A stretch of 64,000 nucleotides of DNA, from NCBI GenBank assembly GCA_018971045.1, contig JAGWVF010000006.1, positions 176-64,175 on the forward strand, written 5' to 3'. Below, one piece after another: positions 28,149-37,111 of this stretch; the stretch's first letter is position 1; every line of letters begins with the position of its first letter. The notes under the pieces were generated by a model. The model saw only the letters and a list, made by a program, of their open reading frames with translations. It searched no databases and was not told the DNA's origin. This stretch comes from Patescibacteria group bacterium (GTDB lineage Bacteria > Patescibacteriota > Minisyncoccia > Phycocordibacterales > Phycocordibacteraceae). Position numbers and translations under genes: made by a program.

Positions 28149-28166
28149 CATGCGAAGTATCGAACG

Positions 28167-28196
28167 GAGTGCATGCAAATTGCATGCACTCTTTTC
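28167..28196 (+). terminator. Intrinsic terminator after DUF397 gene
   Basis: GAGTGCATGCA-AAT-TGCATGCACTC followed by TTTT. Confidence 0.7.
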
Positions 28197-28223
28197 ATTC
28201 AGATACGATAAAATACATCATAC

Positions 28224-28871
28224 ATGAATAATGTTGCTGAAAATATCGACCTCACACCTAATCGGGGGTCTCGGGTGCTTTACGTCATACTGTCGGGCAT
28301 TACTGGCGGCAAGGACGAGATGCTCGTGCGGCATCTTAGCGAACTGCTCAAAAGCCGCGGGTCGGTGCTCACTGTTCAATTTGCAAACGATCCGTCCTGC
28401 CATGACGATATGTTGCCGGAAATGGAGGAAATGACCTTTGACGACTGTTTCGGACGTTTAGATAGCGCCTTACAAATTGCCGGTGGTGAAGAGGCTTATG
28501 GCGACATTGTCTTTATCACCCATAGCTTCTCGTCAATCATATCCACTTACTACCTCGGCGTGCATAAGCAAATCAGTTCGTCTGCTCCTCGCTACACGCT
28601 CATAACCATAGATAGTGATCCTTCTCCGAAGATACTCGCGTATCTTGATTCCCTGGATGCAGAGGCGCGTGCAGACAAAGTTGTAAACCCTTTCCATTCG
28701 AGCATTGTCAATTTCATGCGCCAGCATGACAGCACGGAGGTACTGAAATCGCTCCCCGTTACTGTCTTGAATATCGATGCAGACGATGTTGGGGCGGATC
28801 ATGAGTTTACAAGCGATGAATCGAAGCATTTGCTTGTAGAAACGATTCTGCCAAATCTTCCGATCCACTAA
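28224..28871 (+). CDS. Alpha/beta-hydrolase-like protein
   Basis: ILSGITGG oxyanion-like loop, THSFS nucleophile-elbow-like motif, ADHEF His. Confidence 0.55.
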   Translation: MNNVAENIDLTPNRGSRVLYVILSGITGGKDEMLVRHLSELLKSRGSVLTVQFANDPSCHDDMLPEMEEMTFDDCFGRLDSALQIAGGEEAYGDIVFITHSFSSIISTYYLGVHKQISSSAPRYTLITIDSDPSPKILAYLDSLDAEARADKVVNPFHSSIVNFMRQHDSTEVLKSLPVTVLNIDADDVGADHEFTSDESKHLLVETILPNLPIH

Positions 28872-28885
28872 CCGTCTTCTAATCA

Positions 28886-29398
28886 ATGAAAGATATGAAT
28901 CAACATACCGGATATGCAGCTGTTGAGTTCGATGAAGCCTCGCAGAAGCACGTAATGGATTGGTCGATGCAACTAAAGAGTAGTGACTTGGTAACGGCGA
29001 ACATTAATGGAAAGATAAAAGGCGGTAATGTAACAGAGAAATTGCATCTAACCATATTTTATGGGTTTGATGAGGATAATTTGGATCAATCCAACCTTGT
29101 TGCTCTTATAACAAAGTTAGACATACCAACGGTCAACATCGTCGGGATAGGGATGTTTCCTGCGAAGGAGTTTGATTGCAATGTTCTGTATTTCAGCGTA
29201 TCGGATGAATCCGGGAAGCTCCAATCGGCTTTTGAACGATTGAAAGGATTTCCTCACTTCGCAAATCATCAAAATATTAATTTCAAACCCCATATTACGA
29301 TTGCGTACGTAACCAAGGATTTCAATCCGAACTTACTTTCAAACGAATACCCAAGACAACTCAAGGTAAAGCAAATTGTGCACCATAGTTGTAGGTAG
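28886..29398 (+). CDS. 2H phosphoesterase (Acb1/LigT-like)
   Basis: Two HxT motifs: EKLHLTIFYG and FKPHITIAYV. Confidence 0.85.
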   Translation: MKDMNQHTGYAAVEFDEASQKHVMDWSMQLKSSDLVTANINGKIKGGNVTEKLHLTIFYGFDEDNLDQSNLVALITKLDIPTVNIVGIGMFPAKEFDCNVLYFSVSDESGKLQSAFERLKGFPHFANHQNINFKPHITIAYVTKDFNPNLLSNEYPRQLKVKQIVHHSCR

Positions 29399-29441
29399 TG
29401 TAGCTGACGCGTGTAATCTTGTCACAGAAGCTCTCCCGATA
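29394..29441 (+). repeat. 48-bp dispersed element, copy B
   Basis: 44/48 identical to 24795-24842; supplies the TAG stop of the 2H gene. Confidence 0.9.
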
Positions 29442-29449
29442 GGGGTCTA

Positions 29450-29935
29450 ATGTACGACCATGCCGCGATGGAAGGAAAGAAGGATCAGAAGTCACTTGAA
29501 GATAAAGCGAGAGAGAATTACAGAAAAGCGCTGAGCCTCAACAATGTCTTCCCGCCTGCTTGGTGGGGTCTCGCCAGGATTTATTGGCACAATGGCGATA
29601 AACGTGCGATACCTCTCGCGCTGAAAGCCCGCAGATATGCCAAGACAATTGAGCTTAAAGATGTCGGCCAGTATGCTCAAAACGTAGGGCTCGTATACCA
29701 CAAGTTAGGCAATAATCGGCGCGCTAAACATTGGCTGGAGAAGGGAGTCGCCGAGTCTCCGCGTGAGTGGGGCGCTCATTATAATCTGATGCGATTTTAT
29801 TCGGATGTGCAGGATCATAATTCTGCACAACAATCAGCAAAGAAAGTGCTTGCGCTACTCGCTAACGAGAAAAATAGCCGGTGGATCAAGGATGTCCGTA
29901 AGTCGGCAAAGACGATGCTTTCTAGCAATTCGTAG
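29450..29935 (+). CDS. TPR-repeat protein (possibly 5'-truncated)
   Basis: A.ENYRKAL.L, AWWGLA.IY, NVGLVY..LG, AHYNL helical repeats. Confidence 0.7.
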   Translation: MYDHAAMEGKKDQKSLEDKARENYRKALSLNNVFPPAWWGLARIYWHNGDKRAIPLALKARRYAKTIELKDVGQYAQNVGLVYHKLGNNRRAKHWLEKGVAESPREWGAHYNLMRFYSDVQDHNSAQQSAKKVLALLANEKNSRWIKDVRKSAKTMLSSNS

Positions 29936-30016
29936 CTTCAGAAAATTGGAAATATGCCGGCAGAACAGCCGCGACGATATGATGTTAAAAGTATCAGATT
30001 TGTTACCATACGGTGT

Positions 30017-31869
30017 ATGTCCGACCGCGATAAAAACACTTTGGAGGCATCCGATCCAGATTGGCAACGGTTTTTTACAGCACCATTGGTATATAAATTT
30101 CAGATTGCCAAAGCACAGACAGATCACGCGCTGCTAATAGACAATACTAGCGGCATGTTCTTGCCGTATGCATACACGATCAGTACCCGGAAAAAGACTA
30201 AGTTAGGAACGCATTCCCACGGGCAGATTTTTGCCACGATTTCTTCTGACGGACGCGAAATTTATGCGCCTTTGAGCGCCGATGGTGTCGAGAAGGGACA
30301 TATGCACGCATATGCTTTCGATGGATCACGTGTCGAGGATTTAACGCCGCAGATGGAATCTTACACCTCATTCGAGACCGTTACATCGGCCCAATCAGGG
30401 CGTATTTGTTTTTTTGCATCATTTCCTGATCGCACGGCGATGATAATGTTAGACCGAAACGTGCCGGGATCTGCAAGAGAACTCTTCTCGACTTCTGGTG
30501 AGATGGGGTTTCCGCCGGCAGCATTGTCGGATGATGGATCGCGCGTCGTTATTGCACACAGCATTCCAGACTCAGAAGGAGCCGAGTGGAAGATCCTCAT
30601 CTTTGATACCCAAACTGCGGCAGTCCTTCACTCCTACTCGATAGACAGCACGGTTTCGCCACTATTATACGACTCTCGTGCAACCAGCGATAGAATTCTC
30701 GTTCAGCTTGCGCAGCGCGGGTATACGGAACCAGCTTGGGTTGACATAAAGACCGGGAATGTGACTTATTTACAGAATGCCCCGACACATGATATTTATC
30801 CGATGGCGTACGATGCGCTTTCTAGGCGCTTAGTAGTTTGCTCAGTCTTGCGGGGTCATCATCAGTTATTACTGGCGACCAACAATCTCGAGAACGCGAA
30901 ATCTATTGGACCAAGCACTGGTAGCTTCATGTTCTATTTTGGCGGCGCACAATTCATTGATTCAAACACGCTCATTCTCAAACATCAAAGTAGTAAAGAT
31001 GGTGTTTCAATTATTAGAATTCACTTGGATAGAGACGGTTCCTATATACCCATGGATCTCAAGATTCCGTCGGCAACGGGTACTCCGTACCAGAGCATCG
31101 AATGTGCCACAGCAGACGGGACTATTATTCAGGCCTGGGTAGGACTACCAGCAAATGCTGATCACACACTGCCATTTGTTATAGACGTACATGGGGTCCC
31201 GACTCGGTCACGCTTGACGAATATTCACCGGAAGCGCAAGCGTGGATTTCAAACGGTTTTGGTTATTGCGGACTTAATTACCGCGGTTCGATCACTTTCG
31301 GTCACGACTATCAACAAGCTATTGTTGGGAAACCCGGAACGCTTGAGTTGGAAGATTGTATTGCGATTAAGCACGAACTGGTGAGGCGCGGGTGGGCAAA
31401 AGAAGATGAGGTCATTATCAGCGGCTATTCTTGGGGCGGTTTTGTGACACTGCTTGCTATGGGAAAGACTCCTAACGAATGGGCCGGTGGCGTAGCCTTC
31501 GTACCAATTGCCGATTGGGTTAAAATGTTCGAGTTACGTTCAATGCCTAATTACCTTCGAGCACTCGATACTCATCTCTTTGGTGGCACACCTCAGCAAA
31601 AACCCGACACATACATCGCCGCATCACCGCTCACCTATGTATCAAATCTACAGGCACCGGTGTATATTCTAGCCGGGACGAATGATGTGCGTTGCCCGAT
31701 AGAGCAAGTGCGCTCGTACGTGGACCGCGCACAGAATGAACACAAGGACGTATCTCTTTTCGAATTCGAATCTGGACATACCGGAACATTTGGCAACACC
31801 GCGACCAATATTCAGCTGTATAATAAAATATTCGATTTCGTGAAAGAAGTGGTGCTTGGTGGTGGTTAG
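30017..31869 (+). pseudogene. S9 peptidase split by a single-base frameshift
   Basis: DVHG ends in GGGG (31193-31196); one extra G restores HGGPDS...NYRGS.TFG...GYSWGG...GTNDVRC...SGH in one frame. Confidence 0.85.
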
Positions 31870-32149
31870 ATCCTTTGTTTGACGGAAAGATACGCACCTC
31901 TTTAGTCGAGACACTTGTTCAGCTCACCAATCAATGATTCCGGCTTGAGTAACCGGTCGAACCTTTCTCTTGACCGCCGCAGCGATGCGGCGGCAATCTT
32001 TTGTTTCCCATGGAAGCGTATTTTTGCGAGATCATAAAAAGTTGCATCGTTTGCAAGATTCGGTACGGTATCGCCTCCGGCAGAACAACCGGCGTAGTGG
32101 CCAAGGAGGCGTTGTCTGCTATGCTGGAATTCGCTCGGTATGAGCGAAA

Positions 32150-32231
32150 GGGCATGTGGCGGAATTGGTATACGCGTACGTCTCAGAAGCGTATGTCGCA
32201 AGACTTGGGAGTTCGAGTCTCCCCATGCCCA
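32150..32231 (+). tRNA. tRNA-Leu(CAG)
   Basis: GGGCATG acceptor, TACGT-CTCAGAA-GCGTA arm, variable arm. Confidence 0.95.
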
Positions 32232-32233
32232 CC

Positions 32234-32306
32234 GGGCGCTTAGCTCAGTTGGTAGAGCAACCCGTTTACACCGGGTAGGTCAGAGGTTCGAGTCCTCTAG
32301 CGCCCA
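32234..32306 (+). tRNA. tRNA-Val(TAC)
   Basis: GGGCGCT acceptor, ACCCG-TTTACAC-CGGGT arm, GGTTCGAGTCC. Confidence 0.95.
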
Positions 32307-32339
32307 CTTGAAACGAAAACATATGATATACCAGTTAGT

Positions 32340-33041
32340 ATGTCCATGAACGAATCTTCGGACGCCGCTCCGGTCTCCTGCATCGGCATCATTCTTGACG
32401 GGAATCGCCGCTGGGCGAAGGAGCATCATTTGCCTCAGCTTGAGGGGCATCGGGTCGGGCTCTTGAAGACGCTGAGGGCGACGGTGCGCTCCGTACAATC
32501 CCGCGGCATCCGGCACCTGGCGGTTTTCTTGTTCTCGACGGAGAATTGGAATCGAGAGCCCGCCGAAGTGTCCTATCTCATGGATCTCTTTCTTGAACAA
32601 ATAAACAAAGAGGTCGCGGAATTAGGAAAGGAAGGCGTGCGCATCCGCTTCGCGGGGCAACGAGAGCGTTTCTCGGAAGCGATTCAGGCGGCGATGCACG
32701 ATGCGGAGAAGCATACCGAACAGAATGAGGGCCTCACGCTCTGGTGCTGTATGTCCTACGGCGGCCGCGCGGAGATCGTCGCCGCCGCGCGCGCCGCCGC
32801 CGCCGCGGGCGACGAGATTACCGAAGCATCGCTCGCGGGGCATCTCTGGACCGCCGGCATGCCCGACCCGGACATCATCATCCGTACGAGCGGGGAGCAA
32901 CGCCTCTCCGGATTTCTTACTTGGGAGTCGGTGTATAGCGAATTGTTTTTTATTGATGCCAAGTGGCCGGACTTTTCAGAAGCAATGCTCGACGCGATAC
33001 TCGCGGAGTATGCGCAACGCGAACGGCGACGCGGAAAGTAA
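32340..33041 (+). CDS. uppS: Undecaprenyl/polyprenyl diphosphate synthase
   Basis: IILDGNRRWA, FSTENWNR, YGGR.EI, IRTSGEQRLSGFL. Confidence 0.95.
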   Translation: MSMNESSDAAPVSCIGIILDGNRRWAKEHHLPQLEGHRVGLLKTLRATVRSVQSRGIRHLAVFLFSTENWNREPAEVSYLMDLFLEQINKEVAELGKEGVRIRFAGQRERFSEAIQAAMHDAEKHTEQNEGLTLWCCMSYGGRAEIVAAARAAAAAGDEITEASLAGHLWTAGMPDPDIIIRTSGEQRLSGFLTWESVYSELFFIDAKWPDFSEAMLDAILAEYAQRERRRGK

Positions 33042-33063
33042 AAAGAAGTGCTAGGGTAGAGCA

Positions 33064-33735
33064 ATGGAGCTCTCGATTCTCTATGAAGACGCCGATATCG
33101 TCGCGGTCAATAAGCCCGCGGGGCTCATCACGCATTCAGACGGACGCACCGCTGAGCCGACGGCCGAAGAGTGGTTCAAAGAGAAGTACCCGGAAGCACA
33201 AGGCGGATACGCGCACCGGCTCGATCGCGATACCTCGGGAGTTCTCGTATTCGCTAAAAATACGGCGGCGTATGAATTTCTGCGCAGGGCATTCCACGAT
33301 CACGAGGTGCACAAGACCTACCTCGCGATCGTGTACGGCGTGCTGAAGGAGAAGAAGGGGATGATCGACTTCGACATCGGCCGCTCGAGGAAGGACTTCC
33401 GGCTCCGGAGCGCCCAGCCGAAGGCCAAGGGGCGACTGCGCGAGGCGCTCACCCGCTATGAAGTTGTCGGAGAGGCGTCGGGACTCTCGCTTCTTAAAGT
33501 TGAACCCGAGACGGGAAGGACGCACCAGATCCGCGTCCATCTTAAAGCCATTCATCACCCGGTCGCGGGCGACCCGCTCTATGCGCCGAATCATCCGCCC
33601 GCCCTCGGGCTCGCCCGCCTCGCATTGCACGCATCGTCGATCGACCTCCCGCTCCCCTCGGGCGGGCGCGTCAGTATCGAGGCGCCCCTGCCGAGCGATC
33701 TCGCGGGCGCATTTGCCCACTTTTCTCCCGCGTGA
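33064..33735 (+). CDS. RluA-family pseudouridine synthase
   Basis: VNKPAGL, HRLDRDTSG, TGRTHQIRVHL, GDPLY. Confidence 0.93.
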   Translation: MELSILYEDADIVAVNKPAGLITHSDGRTAEPTAEEWFKEKYPEAQGGYAHRLDRDTSGVLVFAKNTAAYEFLRRAFHDHEVHKTYLAIVYGVLKEKKGMIDFDIGRSRKDFRLRSAQPKAKGRLREALTRYEVVGEASGLSLLKVEPETGRTHQIRVHLKAIHHPVAGDPLYAPNHPPALGLARLALHASSIDLPLPSGGRVSIEAPLPSDLAGAFAHFSPA

Positions 33736-33750
33736 TAGAGTGCGCTCCAC

Positions 33751-34257
33751 ATGAGGAACGTCATTACTCCCGTCAATGCCGCAGGACGCGCGAAGCTCGG
33801 TCTTCGCGCGGGCGACACTGTGCGCGTCGTCCAGAACATCATCGAGCTCAAGAAGGGCCGGGGTACTGACAAGAAAGAAAAGACCATCAAGACCGCCCGA
33901 AAGCAGACCTTCGAAGGGCTCGTGCTCTCGGTGAAGCACGGCAGGGAGTCGGGTGGCATGTTCACGGTCCGCACTACGCTCTCGGGCGTCGGGGTCGAGA
34001 AGACCTTCCCGCTCTATTCGCCGGTCATCGACTCGATCGAGATCGTGAAGCGCTCGCGGGTGCGCCGCGCGAAGCTCTACTTCATCCGCGAGAAGGCGGC
34101 CAAGGCGGTCCGCCGCCAGTTGCGCAATGCGCGGATGCTGCATCTTAAGAGCGACGAAGCATTACCGAGCGACGCCGCTCTTTCGGAGGCGGCTCACGCG
34201 GAAGCCGCGCCGGTTGAGGCGATCGAAGAGGCAACAAATGCCGAAGTTGTAGTATAG
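33751..34257 (+). CDS. rplS: 50S ribosomal protein L19
   Basis: GDTVRV, QTFEGLV, GVGVEKTFPLYSP, VRRAKLYFIR. Confidence 0.95.
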   Translation: MRNVITPVNAAGRAKLGLRAGDTVRVVQNIIELKKGRGTDKKEKTIKTARKQTFEGLVLSVKHGRESGGMFTVRTTLSGVGVEKTFPLYSPVIDSIEIVKRSRVRRAKLYFIREKAAKAVRRQLRNARMLHLKSDEALPSDAALSEAAHAEAAPVEAIEEATNAEVVV

Positions 34258-34271
34258 TGGAGTGTCCACCT

Positions 34272-34358
34272 GCCCAGGTGGCGAAATTGGCAGACGCACT
34301 ACCTTGAGGTGGTAGCTCCCGCAAGGGATTGGAGGTTCAAATCCTCTCCTGGGCACCA
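34272..34358 (+). tRNA. tRNA-Leu(GAG)
   Basis: GCCCAGG acceptor, CTACC-TTGAGGT-GGTAG arm, CCA end. Confidence 0.95.
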
Positions 34359-34396
34359 ACGTTATTTAGAAATTATACGGAGGTGTTGAAAAGTGA

Positions 34397-34427
34397 GAGT
34401 CCGGCGCGCGAAAAGCGTGCCGGACTC
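34397..34427 (-). terminator. Hairpin terminator for the small minus-strand gene
   Basis: GAGTCCGGCGCGC-GAAAA-GCGTGCCGGACTC. Confidence 0.55.
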
Positions 34428-34437
34428 GCCGCGCGGG

Positions 34438-34599
34438 TTAAAGATGCGTCTGCATCCATTCCCACACGGCGTAAAAGAACCAGACCATGATCGGGACTCC
34501 CACGATCATGCTGATCATGGTGTCCCGCGTCATGCGGACACCAAATTTTCGGAGGCATCTTACCTCCTGTCCGAGCCACGACGGCTCGTTAAAATCCAT
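34438..34599 (-). CDS. 53-aa single-TM small protein (not in ORF track)
   Basis: MDFNEPSWLGQEVRCLRKFGVRMTRDTMISMIVGVPIMVWFFYAVWEWMQTHL*; purine-rich upstream sequence and downstream hairpin. Confidence 0.55.
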   Translation of the reverse strand: MDFNEPSWLGQEVRCLRKFGVRMTRDTMISMIVGVPIMVWFFYAVWEWMQTHL

Positions 34600-34706
34600 G
34601 TCTTTTATTCGCACTCTTATCTCCTAAAAAGTTCTGAACATGTCCAGTATATCATATCTTGATATATTAGTCAATATCAAATAGTAAACGACTAAGCAAC
34701 TCGTGG

Positions 34707-35438
34707 TTATTTGCTGTTCATACAGTATCGAAGTATTTTTGAAAAAAGCATATTTCTTTTTTCCTCTGCCATTTCTTCATCGCGTTTCAGGTTGTGGGAT
34801 GTGCCGGCAATATCACAGATAACGTGTTCACGAGCATTTTTTACAGCAGCGATTATCTTGTCTTGTGACTCTTTCGGCACGACATCATCTTCTGTCCCTC
34901 GTATAAAGACAAAAATGCTCGAATATGTCTTGAGCGGTGCGAGCAACACTTCTTCATCCGGCATTGTTGAAAGGAGCGGCTTAGCGGTGGTCGGGCTTTT
35001 TCCGCATCCACTTCCAATCATAACGACCGCTTGGGCTTTTGTTAAAAGGTTTGGTACCCCGAGCAGTGTTGTGCCTCCAAAAGAATTACCGATGGCGGTG
35101 AGTATGTAATTGTCTGGCAATAATCCATTTTGCTCCAATAATTCAACAGCTCTTATTATATCGTCGCACTCCTCGCTAAACGTTTTACCAAAAAATGCCT
35201 CCTTTGAATCGGGTGTGACAGTGTCACTTTTTACACGCGCAGTATTGATGCATATAAAATTATAGTCGGCATTCGTCGAAATAAGCTGGTTGTCCCATGA
35301 GTTTGATCCTGTCGGTTCATGAACTCCGTAGATGCCCTTGAGAAGTAAAACAACGTGTCTAGTTTGGGACGATGCCGGATACCAGAAAACTTCTATCGGT
35401 AGTGATTGGAATGATGATGTTGCAGTCAGTTTTTCCAT
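34707..35438 (-). CDS. Alpha/beta hydrolase
   Basis: GNSFGG nucleophile, GTEDDVVP Asp, GTSHNL His; AT-rich. Confidence 0.8.
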   Translation of the reverse strand: MEKLTATSSFQSLPIEVFWYPASSQTRHVVLLLKGIYGVHEPTGSNSWDNQLISTNADYNFICINTARVKSDTVTPDSKEAFFGKTFSEECDDIIRAVELLEQNGLLPDNYILTAIGNSFGGTTLLGVPNLLTKAQAVVMIGSGCGKSPTTAKPLLSTMPDEEVLLAPLKTYSSIFVFIRGTEDDVVPKESQDKIIAAVKNAREHVICDIAGTSHNLKRDEEMAEEKRNMLFSKILRYCMNSK

Positions 35439-35619
35439 ATCTCTATTTTAACAAAAACCACCTAATCGCCGAAAGAGGGGAGATTAGGTGGTAATGAGTC
35501 AACGAAATTCGGGAATCTCGCCGGAGTCAACAAGAATGATTTCGTTACCGATACCCCAAAACAACCTCTAGTGAATTCCCACTCTAAACGTAGGCGAATT
35601 ATAATGGTAGACTACCGAT

Positions 35620-36846
35620 ATGGCTCTGGCTCTCACTTTTATTTGGGCGTACGTCGTTCAATCAGCCGGTCTCTTCGTCGCATTTACCGCCGCCGCCGTG
35701 TTCATTTATTTAGCCCTCCGACGAATGCGTTCGCGCTCCATGACGGTGGCTCTGGTCGTAGTATTCTTGGGCATCTCGCTCTTTTTCTACGTTCCCAACG
35801 GTCTGCCGGCGTTCCAATATCCGTTTGGATCTACGTACTACGGTCCGTCATCGATGGGGCCGGTGCTGCCGCTCTCGCATGTCTGGGAGTTCTTCACGCA
35901 TTTCAGCCAATTTCAGCACGTGGCCGACATCTCGCGCGATCCGAATGACGTTCCCGCCCCTCTTACGCGCACCACCGTTGCCGCCGACACGATCGACATT
36001 ACCGCCAATGAGGTGATCTCGCAGATCGCTCCCGGCGTCTTTTTCAATTTCTGGACATTCGACGGGACGGTGCCGGGGCCGATGATTCGCGTAATGCAGG
36101 GCGATACGGTTACTGTTCGCTTCAAAAACGATGCGAAAAGCATCCACCCGCATTCGATCGACTTTCACGCAGTGATTGGTCCGGGCGGAGGAGCGTCCGT
36201 TCTGCAAGCGAATCCTGGCGAGACGAAAACCTTAACCTTTAAGGCGCTCCACCCGGGAATATTCGTATACCACTGCGCCTCTCCGGACGCCGCTAATCAC
36301 ATGGCGCACGGCATGTACGGCCTCATCGACGTCGAGCCCGTCGGGGGACTGCCCAAGGTCGACAAAGAGTTTTACCTGATGCAGGGAGAGTTTTACACCG
36401 CAGGCGCGCTTGGCCGGCAGGGATTGCAGATTGATAATCCCCAGGCGATGCTCGACGGCGATCCGCAGTACGTGGTGTTCAACGGCCGCGTCGGCTCATG
36501 GCCGGGGTTTCAAATGCAGGCAGGCGTCGGCCAGAGCGTCCGCATCTTCGTGGGCAACGGGGGAGTCAATCTTATTTCTTCCTTCCACACAATCGGCGAA
36601 GTCTTTGATCGGGTGTACGACGAAGGCTCGTACACCTCGCCGCCGGTTACGGACGTACAAACGACGCTCGTGCCGCCCGGCGGCGCTACGGCCGTCGAAT
36701 TCACGCTTAAGGAACCGGGCAACTACACCTTCGTCGATCACGCGCTTGCGCGAATGGACCGCGGCGCATGGGGAGTTCTTCACGCTACGGGTACGCCGGA
36801 TATGAGCATATTCGATGGCGTCGTCGAGCCCATGGCGGGGCATTAG
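35620..36846 (+). CDS. nirK: Copper-containing nitrite reductase with N-terminal TM anchor
   Basis: HSIDFHAV, YHCA....NHMAHGMYG, SSFHTIGE, FVDH copper-ligand/catalytic motifs. Confidence 0.9.
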   Translation: MALALTFIWAYVVQSAGLFVAFTAAAVFIYLALRRMRSRSMTVALVVVFLGISLFFYVPNGLPAFQYPFGSTYYGPSSMGPVLPLSHVWEFFTHFSQFQHVADISRDPNDVPAPLTRTTVAADTIDITANEVISQIAPGVFFNFWTFDGTVPGPMIRVMQGDTVTVRFKNDAKSIHPHSIDFHAVIGPGGGASVLQANPGETKTLTFKALHPGIFVYHCASPDAANHMAHGMYGLIDVEPVGGLPKVDKEFYLMQGEFYTAGALGRQGLQIDNPQAMLDGDPQYVVFNGRVGSWPGFQMQAGVGQSVRIFVGNGGVNLISSFHTIGEVFDRVYDEGSYTSPPVTDVQTTLVPPGGATAVEFTLKEPGNYTFVDHALARMDRGAWGVLHATGTPDMSIFDGVVEPMAGH

Positions 36847-36957
36847 ACGGAAGATTCGCGGATTAGAGACGGCGCGAGGCTAGCGCGCGTATTTCACGGA
36901 TTTGTGTTATAAAAATCGAACGCCTGCTGTTCTCTTGCATTCAGGCGCGGCGAGCAT

Positions 36958-37032
36958 GGCGGCTATAGTTTAGTGGTAAAACTTCGGTTTGTGGAGCCGA
37001 TATCGAGAGTTCGATTCTCTCTAGCCGCCCCA
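36958..37032 (+). tRNA. tRNA-His(GTG)
   Basis: G-1 plus GCGGCTA acceptor, TCGGT-TTGTGGA-GCCGA arm, C73, CCA. Confidence 0.95.
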
Positions 37033-37111
37033 AGGTTAATCAATCAGTTCTAATGAGCTACCTAGGTAGCCGACGGTTGGGAAGCGGAGTATTTTTTGAT
37101 ACCATGCGCCT

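Noticed and set aside
31902-32201. Small ORFs overlapping tRNA-Leu/tRNA-Val
   Set aside because: They overlap tRNA genes and have no recognisable motifs.
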